DNA from: an uncultured delta proteobacterium
Lineage (GTDB): Bacteria > Desulfobacterota > Binatia > UBA9968
Length of the DNA stretch: 64,000 nucleotides
NCBI GenBank assembly: GCA_963804165.1
Contig: CAWDPO010000043.1
Location: 1 to 64,000 of the forward strand
Reading direction: 5' to 3'
In this document: piece by piece, positions 50,840 to 62,034 of the stretch
Position numbering within the stretch: position 1 is the first letter of the stretch
How the letters are laid out: each line of letters starts with the position of its first letter
Program-made: the position numbers and the translations under genes
The notes under the pieces: generated by a model
Seen by the model: only the letters and a program-made list of their open reading frames with translations
Databases searched by the model: none
What the model was told of the DNA's origin: nothing

Positions 50840-51170
50840 TTACTTTGCCAGCGATCGGAGTAACTCAGCCTGCCTTTTGCTCGTCTTTGCTCAGTTCTTG
50901 TCGCCGGCATTTTGCCGGACCCTCAGCGATGACCTTCAAAATGCTGGTCGTCCGATTTCTGCGTCGTTTCTTTGCCGACGATGTTCAGCCCTTTTTCCCC
51001 AAGGCTTTGACCATGGCCGGATTGCCTTTTCCGTCCGCCCCATGACAACCGGCGCAGTTCTTCTCATAGCGCCTTGCCGGCATCGCGCGTCGGCTGCCAG
51101 AGCCCTGGCTGATCGGCCATGCTAGAGTAAGGATAACGGCGGTGGTCGTTAGCGATTGTGTTAATTTCAC
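50840..51170 (-). CDS. Class I monoheme cytochrome c, copy A (frameshifted)
   Basis: YEKNCAGCHGADGKGNP; GKMP; RSLAK*. Confidence 0.75.
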
Positions 51171-51461
51171 GGAGGTCCTCCTGATTGGCTTTTCTGTTAC
51201 CCTTGAGGATTTACAATCTAGGCAAGTGACTGTCAACGATCTCTGTCGCGATCTTTAGACGCCGAGGCACACGGCGATCTATCACTCGTCTTATGAGAAA
51301 CCTGCAGCCTGAGCATAGACCATCGATTCCGAAGGATACTGGCCGAATAGCCCATGAATCACTTTTTACTGGATAATTTGCCGACCATTCGGTATACGCT
51401 AGGAATCATCGACAAACGATGGAGCCGCTGTGCTCCGATATCGACCGGAAGGAAATAATCT

Positions 51462-52074
51462 TTGGCAAACTACGCAGTCGCTACCGTCATCGTTTTGAGT
51501 ATTATTCTGATCGGCCTATTGCTGATTCGGCCTTCGATCACGGCAGCGCAAGGAGGCAAGATTGTCGCCTTTATTGCGTTCTTTATCCTGCCGATCGTCG
51601 CGACGGTCTTGGGCGCTTCGATTCATTTAGAGAACTCTACGTCGACGCAGTTTTGCTTGTCTTGCCACGTCATGGAAGCCCACGGAAAGAGCCTTTACAT
51701 CGACGATCCCACCTATCTTCCCGCCGCCCATTTTCAAAACAACCGTATCCCGAAGGACCAAGCCTGCTTTACCTGTCACACCGATTACACCATGTTCGGC
51801 GACGTCAACAGCCAAGATGCGCGGCCTCAAACACATCTACGTTTATTACTTAAAAACTCCGCCGGCGAAACTCGCACTCTATGAACCTTTCAAAAACCGC
51901 GAATGCTTACATTGCCATGCCAACGCGCGATCCTATGAAGAAACAACACCGCACAAGGAAATGAAGGAACAGCTAGCCAGCCAACGACATGTCGTGCTTG
52001 ACATGCCACAGCTAAGATTCACGATGTGGCGAACATCGATAAGACAAAAAAGTGGAAAGGGCCCGGGAACATGA
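51462..52074 (+). CDS. NapC/NirT-family tetraheme cytochrome c, copy A (frameshifted)
   Basis: CLSCH, CFTCH, CLHCH, CLTCH across frames. Confidence 0.8.
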
Positions 52075-52264
52075 CAGAGCAACGCGTCGCGCTTGCAGCG
52101 CAAACTGAAGACGGCAGCTTACTTGTTGACTCGCCGGCCTAGCCGTTGAAGGGATTACTCTCCACTGGGCCCATCCGACAAGCTTTCTGCTTTTCATCAG
52201 TCTCGGCGGCATTCTCGTCTTGGCTGGTATAGCCATTTATCTGATTGCTATTGTCACCGGCTTG
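52071..52264 (+). CDS. Small two-TM protein, copy A (frameshifted)
   Basis: Matches 61731-61922 (VEGITLHWAHPTSFLLF). Confidence 0.6.
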
Positions 52265-52355
52265 ACCGGCGTCTGTTCTCAGATTGGATGCGATCCTTAC
52301 TGATCTCTGACCTATTGCATCTTTAGAGGCACGATCTGAAAGTTCACCCGCTGCG

Positions 52356-52691
52356 CTACTTCGCCAGGGATCGCGCATAGCCCAAAGCCTGTTTTTGCTC
52401 CTCTTTGGTCAGCTTGGAAGCCGGCATTTTCCCGGCACCTTCGGCGATGAGTTTCAGTGAATTGCTCGTCAGACTTCTTTTTGGTTTCGGCCCCGACGAT
52501 ATTGAAGGCCCTTATCGAATCCTGAGTAATTTCGCCATTTTCTCGTTACCTTTGCCATCGGCACCGTGACAGCCGGCGCAAGATTTTTCGTAAAGCGCTT
52601 TGCCGCTGTCGGCATCGGCGGCGATCGCAGCCGAAGTTGTCCCCATCCAAATCAATAATCCAGCTATCGTTATGCTGATTTTGTGCCCCAT
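52356..52691 (-). CDS. Class I monoheme cytochrome c, third paralog (frameshifted)
   Basis: MGHKISITIAGLL..ADADSGKALYE..CAGCHGADGKGN..EGAGKMPA..RSLAK*. Confidence 0.7.
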
Positions 52692-52978
52692 GATCGGTCT
52701 CTCCTTTAGTGCTTGGTGTTCTGCCTTCGGATTTTTAACTACTGTGTTTTGTCAGACGCTGACCTGGCTTATGGCCCGGAGTCTTGCCGCGCCGCACACG
52801 GTTGTAGGGCTCGACGCGCTGGCTACTTTTTCCTACAGGTGAAGCATTCTCCGTATTAGACGCGACTAACCATCGGATGATTCAGTGTCGCTGCGCGCTA
52901 CCTGGTGCTAGCATAAATGACCATGGCAACGGTTGCAGGCAATTCCGTTTTTTCCCAAGTTTGCGAAACTGCACAGGC

Positions 52979-54076
52979 TCATTTTGTCGGACTCATGGTG
53001 TATCCCAAATACGTCAGAACGATGGAATAGACGATCAGCCAAAGCCGAAAGCCGCTGGCCAACGGCTCCACCTTCCTAATGCGGCGCGACGGTCGAAGAA
53101 ACGGCATCAAAATCAACACCAGCCCCACCAATCCGAACCCGAGCACACCCAGCAGCTCGCCCTCAATGCCGAAAATATGGCTCGGCAGAAATTTCAGCGT
53201 CTGAAACATCGCCATGAAATACCATTCAGGCTTGATGCCGATGGGTGCCGGCTGGAATGGATCCGCCTTCTTGCCCAACTCCGCCGGATAGTAGGCAGCC
53301 AGGGCCGCGAGCAATCCGAGGGCGCAGAGCCAGCCGACCAAGTCACGCAGAAAAAAATTCGGAAAAAACGGCATCGCTTTTTTTTCGTCGCTGCTTTTTT
53401 TCTCGCTCGGCGGACGGCTCATGCCATGTTTTTGCACCATAAAAAGATGAAGTCCGAGAATGACGGTGACGAGCGCCGGCAAGATGGCCACGTGGATCCC
53501 GTAAAAGCGCGTGAGCGTCGCGCCGGTGACGTCGTTCCCGCCGCGTAACAACCGGCGCACGAACGGTCCTATCAACGGCAGAACACCCGGAATCTCGGTG
53601 CCGACGCGAGTGGCAAAGAACGCCAGCTCGTTCCACGGTAACAGGTAGCCGGTAAATCCAAACGCCAGGCTCAAGCCCAGCAGTCCGCCGCCGGAAAGCC
53701 AGGTCAATTCGCGCGGGCGGCGATAGGCATGGAGAAACAAGGCGCTGAATAGATGAATGAACATCGCAAAGATCATGAGATTGGCCGACCATGAGTGAAT
53801 CGATCTAACCAGCCAGCCAAACTGCACCTCGGTCATGAGAAACTGGATCGATTCGAAGGCCTCGCCTGCGCTCGGCCGGTAATAGAGTAACAGAAGAATG
53901 CCGGTGACGACCTGGATCATGAACAGAAACAAAGTCATGCCGCCGAAGTAATACCAAAACGTGTGACGGTGCAGCGGCACCTCTTTTTTCTTCGCGAGCT
54001 TGGCAAAGTCGCTCAGTCCGATTCTTTCATCGAGCCAGAGCCAGAGCTTGCCGTGCCTGGAGCCTTGGTATTCCAT
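52979..54076 (-). CDS. Cytochrome b of a Rieske/cytochrome b complex (b6 and subunit IV fused)
   Basis: [40 protein letters not shown]. Confidence 0.9.
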   Translation of the reverse strand: MEYQGSRHGKLWLWLDERIGLSDFAKLAKKKEVPLHRHTFWYYFGGMTLFLFMIQVVTGILLLLYYRPSAGEAFESIQFLMTEVQFGWLVRSIHSWSANLMIFAMFIHLFSALFLHAYRRPRELTWLSGGGLLGLSLAFGFTGYLLPWNELAFFATRVGTEIPGVLPLIGPFVRRLLRGGNDVTGATLTRFYGIHVAILPALVTVILGLHLFMVQKHGMSRPPSEKKSSDEKKAMPFFPNFFLRDLVGWLCALGLLAALAAYYPAELGKKADPFQPAPIGIKPEWYFMAMFQTLKFLPSHIFGIEGELLGVLGFGLVGLVLILMPFLRPSRRIRKVEPLASGFRLWLIVYSIVLTYLGYTMSPTK

Positions 54077-54083
54077 CTTTGAT

Positions 54084-54545
54084 CTAGCCTCTCTTGCTCA
54101 CGACGATTTGCTCGCCCCTCACGTTCACCGCGTACTCTTCCAGAGGCTTCGGCGGCGGTCCCTCGATATTTTTGCCGTTCAAATCAAAGTGGCCGTTGTG
54201 GCAGGCGCACCAGATGTGGCTGATGTCCGATCGGTATTGCACGATGCAGGCAAGATGGGTGCAGGCGGCAGTGAAGGCTTTGAGCTCATCGTTCGGGGTT
54301 CTGATCAGGATCGCCGCCTGACTGCCAAAACGGAAAATTTGCCCGCTGTTTTGTTTTACTTCTTGCGGTTTAAGCGCAAGCGTCACGGTGTGCGCCGTCG
54401 ATTCTTCCGCTTCCGGCGGGATGAGATACTTGCTCAACGGGTAGGTCACTGCGATGAAGAACGCGCCTGCGGCGGTACCCAAGAACCAGTTGAGGAAATT
54501 TCGCCGTCCACTATCGAGCGGCACGGATGCTTCGTCATTGGCCAT
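54084..54545 (-). CDS. Rieske [2Fe-2S] protein
   Basis: Tat motif GRRNFL; CTHLAC; CACHNGHF; GPPPKPL. Confidence 0.92.
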   Translation of the reverse strand: MANDEASVPLDSGRRNFLNWFLGTAAGAFFIAVTYPLSKYLIPPEAEESTAHTVTLALKPQEVKQNSGQIFRFGSQAAILIRTPNDELKAFTAACTHLACIVQYRSDISHIWCACHNGHFDLNGKNIEGPPPKPLEEYAVNVRGEQIVVSKRG

Positions 54546-54566
54546 AGTAAAAAATTCCTCGCAGGC

Positions 54567-55847
54567 TTACTTTGATTTTCTTTCCATTTGCCGGATTTTC
54601 AAAATCAAGCCCACTACTAGGGCGAAGATGATCAACGCGGAGATCGCCAAACCCTTGCGCCTGTACTGCAACTCATCGAGCGCTTTCAAGCCGCGCGCAT
54701 AGGCCTTCTCACTGCTTTTGAGTCCGGGCTCAACTTCTTTGTCCAGAATAGCCTGATCGAACCCGTGGATCGCGGCGCGCGCTTTAATCAGCGCGGTCTT
54801 GGCTTCGTTGAGCTCGAATAACGGTTGGCTGACCTCCATGCCGGCGTGTTCGGCATTTTTGAGCACGGCGAGAGATCGTTCGTAACCTGTCTTCAGCCGC
54901 TCAATGGACTTGAGCATACCCATCGCCAGCACTCCACCCGACGAGGCTGGCGGATGACAACCGGCGCACGCCGATTTATCGCCCGCGCTCAACATCGCAT
55001 CGCTAGTCTCGCTAATTGCGTGATTGCTATGACAAGTTGCGCAACCTGGAACACCCATTTGCGCAAAGATTTTGCCGTGCGGGCTCTTATTGAACAGGTC
55101 GGAATTCACCGCATGGCACTGGCCACAAACGTTCACAACCGAAGACACACCAGGCGGCGCCGCGCCGTGATTGCCGTGGCAATCGTTGCATGTCGGCGCC
55201 GAGAGATCGCTCTTTTGGGCGATCATCTTCCAATGCACGCTCTGTTTGTATTTCTCGACTTGGTCGGTCGGAATCTTGTAGGACGCCATGTAGGCTTTAT
55301 TGGCATGACATGAACCGCACGTATCGGCGACGCGCAATGGATGGACCGACGACCGAGAATCGTTGGGCGGCCTGATCGAATGGGGGACGTGGCAACTCGC
55401 GCAGGTCGCTACTTTCAGATCCTTTTGTTCCTTGAGTCTCTTGCCGTGAACCGATGTGTGATACTCGGCGACTTGGTCAACGCGCAACGACGGATTATAG
55501 CGCCGCATGAAATTGGCGTCCGAGTGGCACTTTCCGCAGACTTCGACAATTTGCACCGGGCTGGGCTTGCCGATGTAGCCCTTCTTCCGGTCCATCGCCT
55601 CCAAGCCCATGATGGCGCTATCGCCACCATGACAGTTCGCGCAGGTGAACCCTTTAGCGGCGTGGATATCAGATTTGTAATCTTCGGCCGGTTTGGTGAG
55701 ATTGGCAATGCCGAGGGCTAAATGGCAGGTCGCGCAGTTATCTTCGGGAGTCTTAATTTCCACGGCGAGCGCCGTTCCTGACATGGAAACGAAGATGATT
55801 AGGGCACAAGCCAGCACCGACGGCAATTTCGTAGCCCCCTCCATCAA
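54567..55847 (-). CDS. Nonaheme cytochrome c with C-terminal coiled coil and TM anchor
   Basis: Signal peptide; 9 CxxCH motifs counted; C-terminal GLAISALIIFALVVGLIL. Confidence 0.85.
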   Translation of the reverse strand: MMEGATKLPSVLACALIIFVSMSGTALAVEIKTPEDNCATCHLALGIANLTKPAEDYKSDIHAAKGFTCANCHGGDSAIMGLEAMDRKKGYIGKPSPVQIVEVCGKCHSDANFMRRYNPSLRVDQVAEYHTSVHGKRLKEQKDLKVATCASCHVPHSIRPPNDSRSSVHPLRVADTCGSCHANKAYMASYKIPTDQVEKYKQSVHWKMIAQKSDLSAPTCNDCHGNHGAAPPGVSSVVNVCGQCHAVNSDLFNKSPHGKIFAQMGVPGCATCHSNHAISETSDAMLSAGDKSACAGCHPPASSGGVLAMGMLKSIERLKTGYERSLAVLKNAEHAGMEVSQPLFELNEAKTALIKARAAIHGFDQAILDKEVEPGLKSSEKAYARGLKALDELQYRRKGLAISALIIFALVVGLILKIRQMERKSK

Positions 55848-56080
55848 AATCGCCCGGAAGACGTCATAATAAAAACTAACTGACGAAACTGCTATCCGGT
55901 TGTTCGAGCTTGATCACAAGTAAGTGAAAGATTCTGCCGTGGTAATTCATGAGCGGCCGATTGTGCTGGAAAAGTTACCCGCGAGAGCGTGAAACGGATT
56001 CTCATCAGCGGGCCTTGACGCGTTAAGCGCTGACTAAAAGCCGTTGTTAGTTACCCACGCTGACGCAATCAAGATGAGCC

Positions 56081-58378
56081 TCAGAACTTGAGGCGTACCC
56101 CGAGGAAACCGATATGCGCTTGGTAGGAACCTTTGCCCCGGTCGCCGAGAAAAAACGATCGGCCGATGGAGTTATTGAAATTGGGACCTCCCCCCGGTGT
56201 TTCGACGTCGCCCATCCAGAGCCTCATGATGTCCACGCCGGCGTCCTTGCTGCTGTAGCTATTGAAATAGTAACCGAGCTTGAGCGCGACGTTCTTGTGA
56301 ATCATATATTCGGCGCGCGCCAAGAATTCATGCCAGCGATTGACGATCGTCGGATAATCGGTAGCTGGCACCACGCCGGAGTCACCCGATGCGGGGCTGT
56401 TGCCGCTCGAGTGCACCGCGCTGCTGCCGAACGAGAAGCCGTACTGCAGGCGCACATTAAGCAGATTCTTGATCACCTGCATGTCGGTACCGACCTTGAC
56501 GGTGTGAATCTCGTCGTTGCCCCGGCTGCGCCAAGTCGCCGCCGGACAATTTTCCGCGGTTCGAGCATCCAAATCAGGACACCCTCCCGCGCCGGTGTTA
56601 CGCGCAATCGCTTGAATTCTCCAATCAAAACGCTCCCAGTTGTAGTCGCCAAAAACTGTCGCCCACTCCAGGGGCGCATATACGAAGCCGATGGATGGCG
56701 CGTAGTCGATGTCCTTTTGAACGCCGATCACACTCCGAGGATAACGGTCATTGGTAAAATCAAAACCGCCGTGAAGCGTCAAGGTCTGCGTCGCCGAAAA
56801 CTGCGCAAAAGTTGTTAATCTGTCCCGCTGCCGGGCTGCCTCGTCAAATTTGCGCAATTCCTCCAGGCGGGCCAGTCGAACATCGTCCGGTGTTTCGCCA
56901 ATTTCCACTGCGGCATTACGCCCGGCGTCGTAGTTATGGGCGTCACGGAGGCCGCGCCTGTAACTGACCCGAAAAAGCGTCCATGTCGTCGGCCGAATAT
57001 CGAAAGTCGGCCCGAAGCTGTGTTCGTTTGAGTTCAACAGCTCACGGGCATACTCCCGGTGCATGCGTTCCCAGCCGTAGCCGAGCTTGGCAGTTAGCCA
57101 GCGCGTAAGCTTATAGGACGCATCGAAACCAATATTCTGTTTCGCATAAGAATACGGAAATGAATAATACTCGTTGCCGCTCGCCGATTCTTGATCGTTG
57201 ACGATTATGCCGTTCGGCAAAAGCACCCGTTTGCTGCGGTTGTCGAAGTCATAGTAACGATAGGAGGCCTTGAGCCCCACGTCCTTAAAGAAATCATTGA
57301 CCAAGGTGGCGTTGATCATCGTCGGCCGCACGTCGCCGTCAAGACTGCTCCGGCTGATTGTGGGCTGGGTCACCGCGGTGTTCACCGTAAAAGGTATGAA
57401 CTTATCGTTCTGCAATCTCCAACCGTAAGAAAATGCGCTCATGAAGTTGGTCTTGAACGGCAGGTTCGCGGTGCCGGTCATGGTGAACATATGCGCCTGA
57501 TTGCTCGGGTATAGGTCAAAACGGCCGCGGCACGGCCCCGTTCCCGGTGCGTACGTGGCCGAGTCCACACATCCGGAGCCAACCCCGGTGGTATTGAGCG
57601 GATTGTCCCAGGTCAGAGTACTGGTGTTGTTGTGGAAAAGCGACGCGTTGTATTTAAGTCCCAAAGTCCAGCCGTTCCCGGCGTACTCACCGCCGAGCTC
57701 GACGTTGTGGGTCTGGTAATCGATCGGTTCGACTAGCTCGGTAATATTGTAGTTGCCCGGACTCGGGCCGAAGTAGGCCCCGAAGGCACGGCCGCCAGCG
57801 GTATTTTGCGAACCGTAGCTGCCGGTGAAAGTCCAACCCGGGGTCGGCGTGTAGCGTAAGTTGAATTTAGCCAATCCATTATAGAGCTTAAGATCGACCG
57901 GCTGCGCGTTGGCGTTGACCCAGTCGCGCATGTTAGCGCCCGTCGTCCCGACGGGTTTCGACGACAGTGTATAGGTTCCTCCGTTCATGCTGAACGGCGT
58001 GCGCGCGTTATCGACGTTAAACAGATGGGGAATTTGGTCCCAAACAAACTCGAGATCCAAGAGGCCGTACCGGCCCGCGCGCAAGCGGTAGCTCTGATCG
58101 TCGCGGCCGGTTTTCAGCGACTCCAACTCCAGGTAGAAATCTTTTTTCTTGCTGTCGAGAAACAACTCGATCTGCGGCACGACGATTGTCTCAGGCAAGT
58201 CGCGGTATTCTTCAAGCTTGGTATCGCTGCCGCTTCTGTGGCTAGGCATGCCGCCCACTTCAGCGGAACCGCTAATTGTAAAGTCGCCCAAATCCACTTG
58301 GGCCGGGCTGGGCCCCACTAGAAATAAGAGCGTCGTCGCGCTCAAACTCAAAAGCAACACCGCTTTATTTCGTTTCAC
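56081..58378 (-). CDS. mtrB: MtrB/PioB-family outer-membrane beta-barrel
   Basis: EEYRDL, EPIDYQT, TLTWDNP, PSNQAH, LRKFDEA.R.R, terminal F; directly downstream of the decaheme gene. Confidence 0.85.
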   Translation of the reverse strand: MKRNKAVLLLSLSATTLLFLVGPSPAQVDLGDFTISGSAEVGGMPSHRSGSDTKLEEYRDLPETIVVPQIELFLDSKKKDFYLELESLKTGRDDQSYRLRAGRYGLLDLEFVWDQIPHLFNVDNARTPFSMNGGTYTLSSKPVGTTGANMRDWVNANAQPVDLKLYNGLAKFNLRYTPTPGWTFTGSYGSQNTAGGRAFGAYFGPSPGNYNITELVEPIDYQTHNVELGGEYAGNGWTLGLKYNASLFHNNTSTLTWDNPLNTTGVGSGCVDSATYAPGTGPCRGRFDLYPSNQAHMFTMTGTANLPFKTNFMSAFSYGWRLQNDKFIPFTVNTAVTQPTISRSSLDGDVRPTMINATLVNDFFKDVGLKASYRYYDFDNRSKRVLLPNGIIVNDQESASGNEYYSFPYSYAKQNIGFDASYKLTRWLTAKLGYGWERMHREYARELLNSNEHSFGPTFDIRPTTWTLFRVSYRRGLRDAHNYDAGRNAAVEIGETPDDVRLARLEELRKFDEAARQRDRLTTFAQFSATQTLTLHGGFDFTNDRYPRSVIGVQKDIDYAPSIGFVYAPLEWATVFGDYNWERFDWRIQAIARNTGAGGCPDLDARTAENCPAATWRSRGNDEIHTVKVGTDMQVIKNLLNVRLQYGFSFGSSAVHSSGNSPASGDSGVVPATDYPTIVNRWHEFLARAEYMIHKNVALKLGYYFNSYSSKDAGVDIMRLWMGDVETPGGGPNFNNSIGRSFFLGDRGKGSYQAHIGFLGVRLKF

Positions 58379-58393
58379 AGCCGGCCTCCTTTC

Positions 58394-59365
58394 CTAGCGC
58401 GTATAGAACTTACCCGATGGATGATTGCTGCCATGAACCTGACTGTGACAGTTCGTACAGCTCCTATTGAAGGCAAAAACCGATGGCCCCACCGTCGGCG
58501 ATAGCGGGCGCAACGGCCGCGGCGTGGCTGGATGACGCGTAGCTATATGGCACTGCGTGCATAACCGCGGATCGGTCACTTTAAGTAACCGATCGTTGAC
58601 CGATCCGTGCGGTTCATGACAGTTCGTGCACCCTTCCATGACCGGCGGATGCTCCCATAGGAAGGGACCCCGTCTCTCGGCGTGGCAAGCGTAGCAATTA
58701 TCGTTGACGCTGGTTTGCTTAAGTTGCGCCGGATTGGGACTGCCATGCGGATTGTGGCAGTCGGAGCAGACGATCTTTCCTTCCCGCATGGGCATATGCG
58801 AGGAACGCATGAGCTGCGCCTTGCGCTGCAAATGGCACTGGCCGCACACTTCGATTTCCGCCCGGTTGACCCCGAACGGCGTTACGTCTGTCATCTTCGC
58901 CATCTGCTTGCCGCTGGTCTTCTCCATCAATGTATGGCAATTGACGCAGGCCAAACCGCGGTTGGCATGGGCGCTCGCTTTCCAATAGGTCTGGACACCG
59001 CGTTGATGGCAAGTTAGACACGGCTGGTTTTGCGCTTCCGCGGACTCGCCCGAGCCCTTGCGAAACGTGATCAACCCGCCCACGCCTTTGCCCCCTCCGG
59101 CAGCGACGTGGTTGCTGCCGGGCCCGTGACAATTCTCGCAAGCCCTTTTTTCCATCTCGTTACGCGGGTTGTGCAAGAACATTTTTCCCATGAGGGTGGT
59201 GGAAAATTTTTCGAACTGGGGCACGTGGCAAGCTTGACAGACTTCGTTGCCAACGTAGGTGGCAGGCTCTGGTTTTTTCGGCGCTTCCGGGGTTGCAGAC
59301 TGGGCTAAATACTCATGCGCCGTCAATGCGGCGATGAAAAGAATAGCGACAACCGACCGCTTCAT
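58394..59365 (-). CDS. mtrA: DmsE/MtrA/MtoA-family decaheme cytochrome c
   Basis: 10 CxxCH motifs; RGPFLWEHPPV; HGSNHPSG. Confidence 0.92.
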   Translation of the reverse strand: MKRSVVAILFIAALTAHEYLAQSATPEAPKKPEPATYVGNEVCQACHVPQFEKFSTTLMGKMFLHNPRNEMEKRACENCHGPGSNHVAAGGGKGVGGLITFRKGSGESAEAQNQPCLTCHQRGVQTYWKASAHANRGLACVNCHTLMEKTSGKQMAKMTDVTPFGVNRAEIEVCGQCHLQRKAQLMRSSHMPMREGKIVCSDCHNPHGSPNPAQLKQTSVNDNCYACHAERRGPFLWEHPPVMEGCTNCHEPHGSVNDRLLKVTDPRLCTQCHIATRHPATPRPLRPLSPTVGPSVFAFNRSCTNCHSQVHGSNHPSGKFYTR

Positions 59366-59819
59366 GATGCCTCCGGATAAGAACTTACGACCGGCGAGGG
59401 GTCACAGACGGGCTTATAGCACCTAGCCGAAAACTTTGTCCAGAAAAATTCGCTCGATTGCCTATCATCGAATTTTTTTGCGCGCTGAAATTTCTTTTTG
59501 TACTTTTGCGAAACCAAAAAGCAAATATTTTTGCAGGATTGAGAAAACCGCGCGCAACGAGTCCGAAATTGGTTCGCCGCCAACGAGGAAGCAACCGCCG
59601 ATCGGAAGTCGGTACGACAACACATCCGGACACCGGAGTTCTTGCCGGTAACCGTCGATCGAGTCAGTAGATAGAGAGATAAGAAAAGATGACTGCGCAG
59701 CGTGAAAAATTTTTGGGCTACATATTCACTTCCCACATCTTCGCCCCGCAAGAAATCTGGTTTGCTGGCTTTGGCGCGGGATTGTCAGGTGAAATCGGTG
59801 CGCAGCACCGAGTCGCGTG

Positions 59820-60316
59820 CTACACTTCCAGCTCGTAGCCGGCTCTGGCTATGGCCCGGCGCGTCGCTTCCATAACAAACGCCGTGTCGACATGCGGCAA
59901 CACTTTCACTTCAGGGTAATTCCGTAGCTCGCGTAAAATCCGATCGGCTTCGGCTCCCGCCAGTTCTCGCATTGATCGTACATACCCCCGGGGTCCTCTT
60001 CGATGGGGTTATGGGCCTCGAGAATCGCGCGAATGGCCGCGACAATCGGCGCGGTGGGCGACGGCACGAGCAGCGCGACCAAGGCGCCGTGATCGAGCCG
60101 CAGCCTGGGCGCAACGGGAAGCGGATCGCCGCCGCGTCGCTTTTGCGCCGCTGGAAGAAGCACCTTTTCCTCCATACCGATGTGCTTGAGTAAACCCGCG
60201 CGGAATTGGGCGTAAGCCGAAGCATCAATATTTTCCGAGTCGGACATGGCGAGCTCGAGCAGGGCATCGAGACGCCGGTGATCGCGGGTGAGATAGCGGT
60301 AGATTTTCCCAGGCAT
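59820..60316 (-). CDS. Hemerythrin-domain protein, copy B (frameshift near 59965)
   Basis: DHRRLD, KHIGMEEKVL, DHGAL, HNPIEE. Confidence 0.78.
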
Positions 60317-60506
60317 GCTCCTTTGCATCAGGCCGATCTTGGCATCTGCTCGAAGCCGGCATCATGAACTTTCTCTTGAGTGATCTGCTGAAGCTTAAGC
60401 GAACATAATTCTAACAGCGGCAGCCGTCGTTATCACTACGAACCGCGTGCCAGCTCCACGGCGCAACCGTTGGCTGCGCAACGAAGGTGGTCCTTGAATG
60501 AAACCG

Positions 60507-60842
60507 TTACTTTGCCAGCGAACGGCTGTACTGGAGCACGGCTTTTTGCTCATCCTTGGTAAGCTTCTTGCTCGCCGGCATCTTGCCCGCGCCTTCAGCG
60601 ATGACCTTCAATAATACTTCGTCCGATTTCTGCTTCGTTTCTTTGCCGACGATGTTGAGTTCTTTTTCGCCCAACGTCTTAGCCAGCGCCGGGTTACCTT
60701 TTCCGTCCGCGCCGTGGCAACTGGCGCAGTTCTTATCGTAGACCGCTTTGCCGCCATCGGCGTCGGCTGCCAACCCCTGTGCGATCGGCCATGATAGAGT
60801 CAGGATAATGGCAGTTGTAGTTACAGTTGCTTTCAGTTTCAC
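60507..60842 (-). CDS. Class I monoheme cytochrome c, copy B
   Basis: Signal peptide; CASCHGADGKG; GKMPA. Confidence 0.88.
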   Translation of the reverse strand: MKLKATVTTTAIILTLSWPIAQGLAADADGGKAVYDKNCASCHGADGKGNPALAKTLGEKELNIVGKETKQKSDEVLLKVIAEGAGKMPASKKLTKDEQKAVLQYSRSLAK

Positions 60843-61125
60843 GGGAATCCTCCTGGTTCGGGATTTCTATTGTTTCTCCGGGCTTACAATCAAGCCAGTC
60901 GCCTGTCAACAGTTTGGGCGCACCTTAGACGCTGGGTGAATCAGCGATTATTCAACACTCCACTGGACCCTTTGGCGTAAGATAAGAGATTCGGCTCCTC
61001 TTCATCATGGCTAAAGGGCTCTGGCCATTTTTTTCTGGATAATCGGTAATGATTCGGTATATCCTTGCATCCGAGACGAACCGATGGAGCCATGCGCTCC
61101 GGCATCGACCGGAAGGAAATAGTCT

Positions 61126-61734
61126 TTGGCAAACTACGCAGGCGCTACCATCATCGTTTTGAGTATCATTTTGATCGGCCTGCTGCTGATTCGGCCTTCG
61201 ATTACGGCAGCACAGGGAGGCAAGATCGTTGCCTTCATCGCTTTCTTTATCCTGCCGATTGTCGCGACGGTCTTGGGCGCTTCGATTCATTTAGAGAACT
61301 CCAAGTCGACGCAGTTCTGCTTGTCGTGCCACGTCATGGAGCCCTACGGAAAGAGCCTTGGCATCGACAATTCCACCTATCTTCCCGCCGCCCATTTTCA
61401 AAATAACCGTATCCCGAAGGAGCAAGCCTGTTTTACCTGCCATACCAATTACACTATGTTCGGCGACGTCAACAGCAAGATGCGCGGCCTCAAACACATC
61501 TACGTCTATTACTTAAAAACTCCGCCGGCGAAACTCGCACTCTATGAACCTTTTAAAAACCGCGAATGCTTACATTGCCATGCCAACGCGCGATCCTATG
61601 AAGAGACCACACCGCACAAGGAAATGAAGGAACCGCTAGCCGCCAACGATATGTCGTGTTTGACATGCCACAATAAAATTCACGATGTGGCAAATCTCGC
61701 TAAGACAAAAACGTGGAAAGGGCCAGGTAAATGA
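61126..61734 (+). CDS. NapC/NirT-family tetraheme cytochrome c, copy B
   Basis: Two N-terminal TMs; 4 CxxCH motifs; CLSCHVM first heme. Confidence 0.88.
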   Translation: MANYAGATIIVLSIILIGLLLIRPSITAAQGGKIVAFIAFFILPIVATVLGASIHLENSKSTQFCLSCHVMEPYGKSLGIDNSTYLPAAHFQNNRIPKEQACFTCHTNYTMFGDVNSKMRGLKHIYVYYLKTPPAKLALYEPFKNRECLHCHANARSYEETTPHKEMKEPLAANDMSCLTCHNKIHDVANLAKTKTWKGPGK

Positions 61735-61922
61735 CAGACTACGCGTCAAGCTTGCAGCGCAAAGTGAAGATGGCAGCTTACTTGTTGATCGCCGGTCTGG
61801 CCGTCGAGGGGATCACTCTCCACTGGGCCCATCCAACGAGCTTTCTGCTTTTCATGGGTGTCGGCGGCATTCTCGTCTTGGCTGGCATAGCCATTTATTT
61901 GAAAGCCATTGTCACCACTTGA
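61731..61922 (+). CDS. Small two-TM protein coupled to the NapC-like gene
   Basis: Start overlaps the upstream stop region; conserved in both repeat copies. Confidence 0.7.
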   Translation: MTDYASSLQRKVKMAAYLLIAGLAVEGITLHWAHPTSFLLFMGVGGILVLAGIAIYLKAIVTT

Positions 61923-62034
61923 CGCGAGCATTTTTCCCTTCCCTTCGGCAACTGTTTAAGAGAACCGACACTCAGCTCAGGGGCTCTCCATCAATGCCAA
62001 CTGAAAAAAGGTCCCTGGCGCGACTCTGTGCGCC

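Larger units (their letters stand above)
50173..52264. repeat. About 2.1-kb direct repeat, copy A (hemerythrin, cytochrome c, NapC-like, small TM protein)
   Basis: Long near-identical stretches with 59820-61922 (e.g. 50500-50710 vs 60155-60370; 51415-52000 vs 61080-61660). Confidence 0.9.
59820..61922. repeat. About 2.1-kb direct repeat, copy B
   Basis: Same genes, order and orientation as 50173-52264. Confidence 0.9.
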
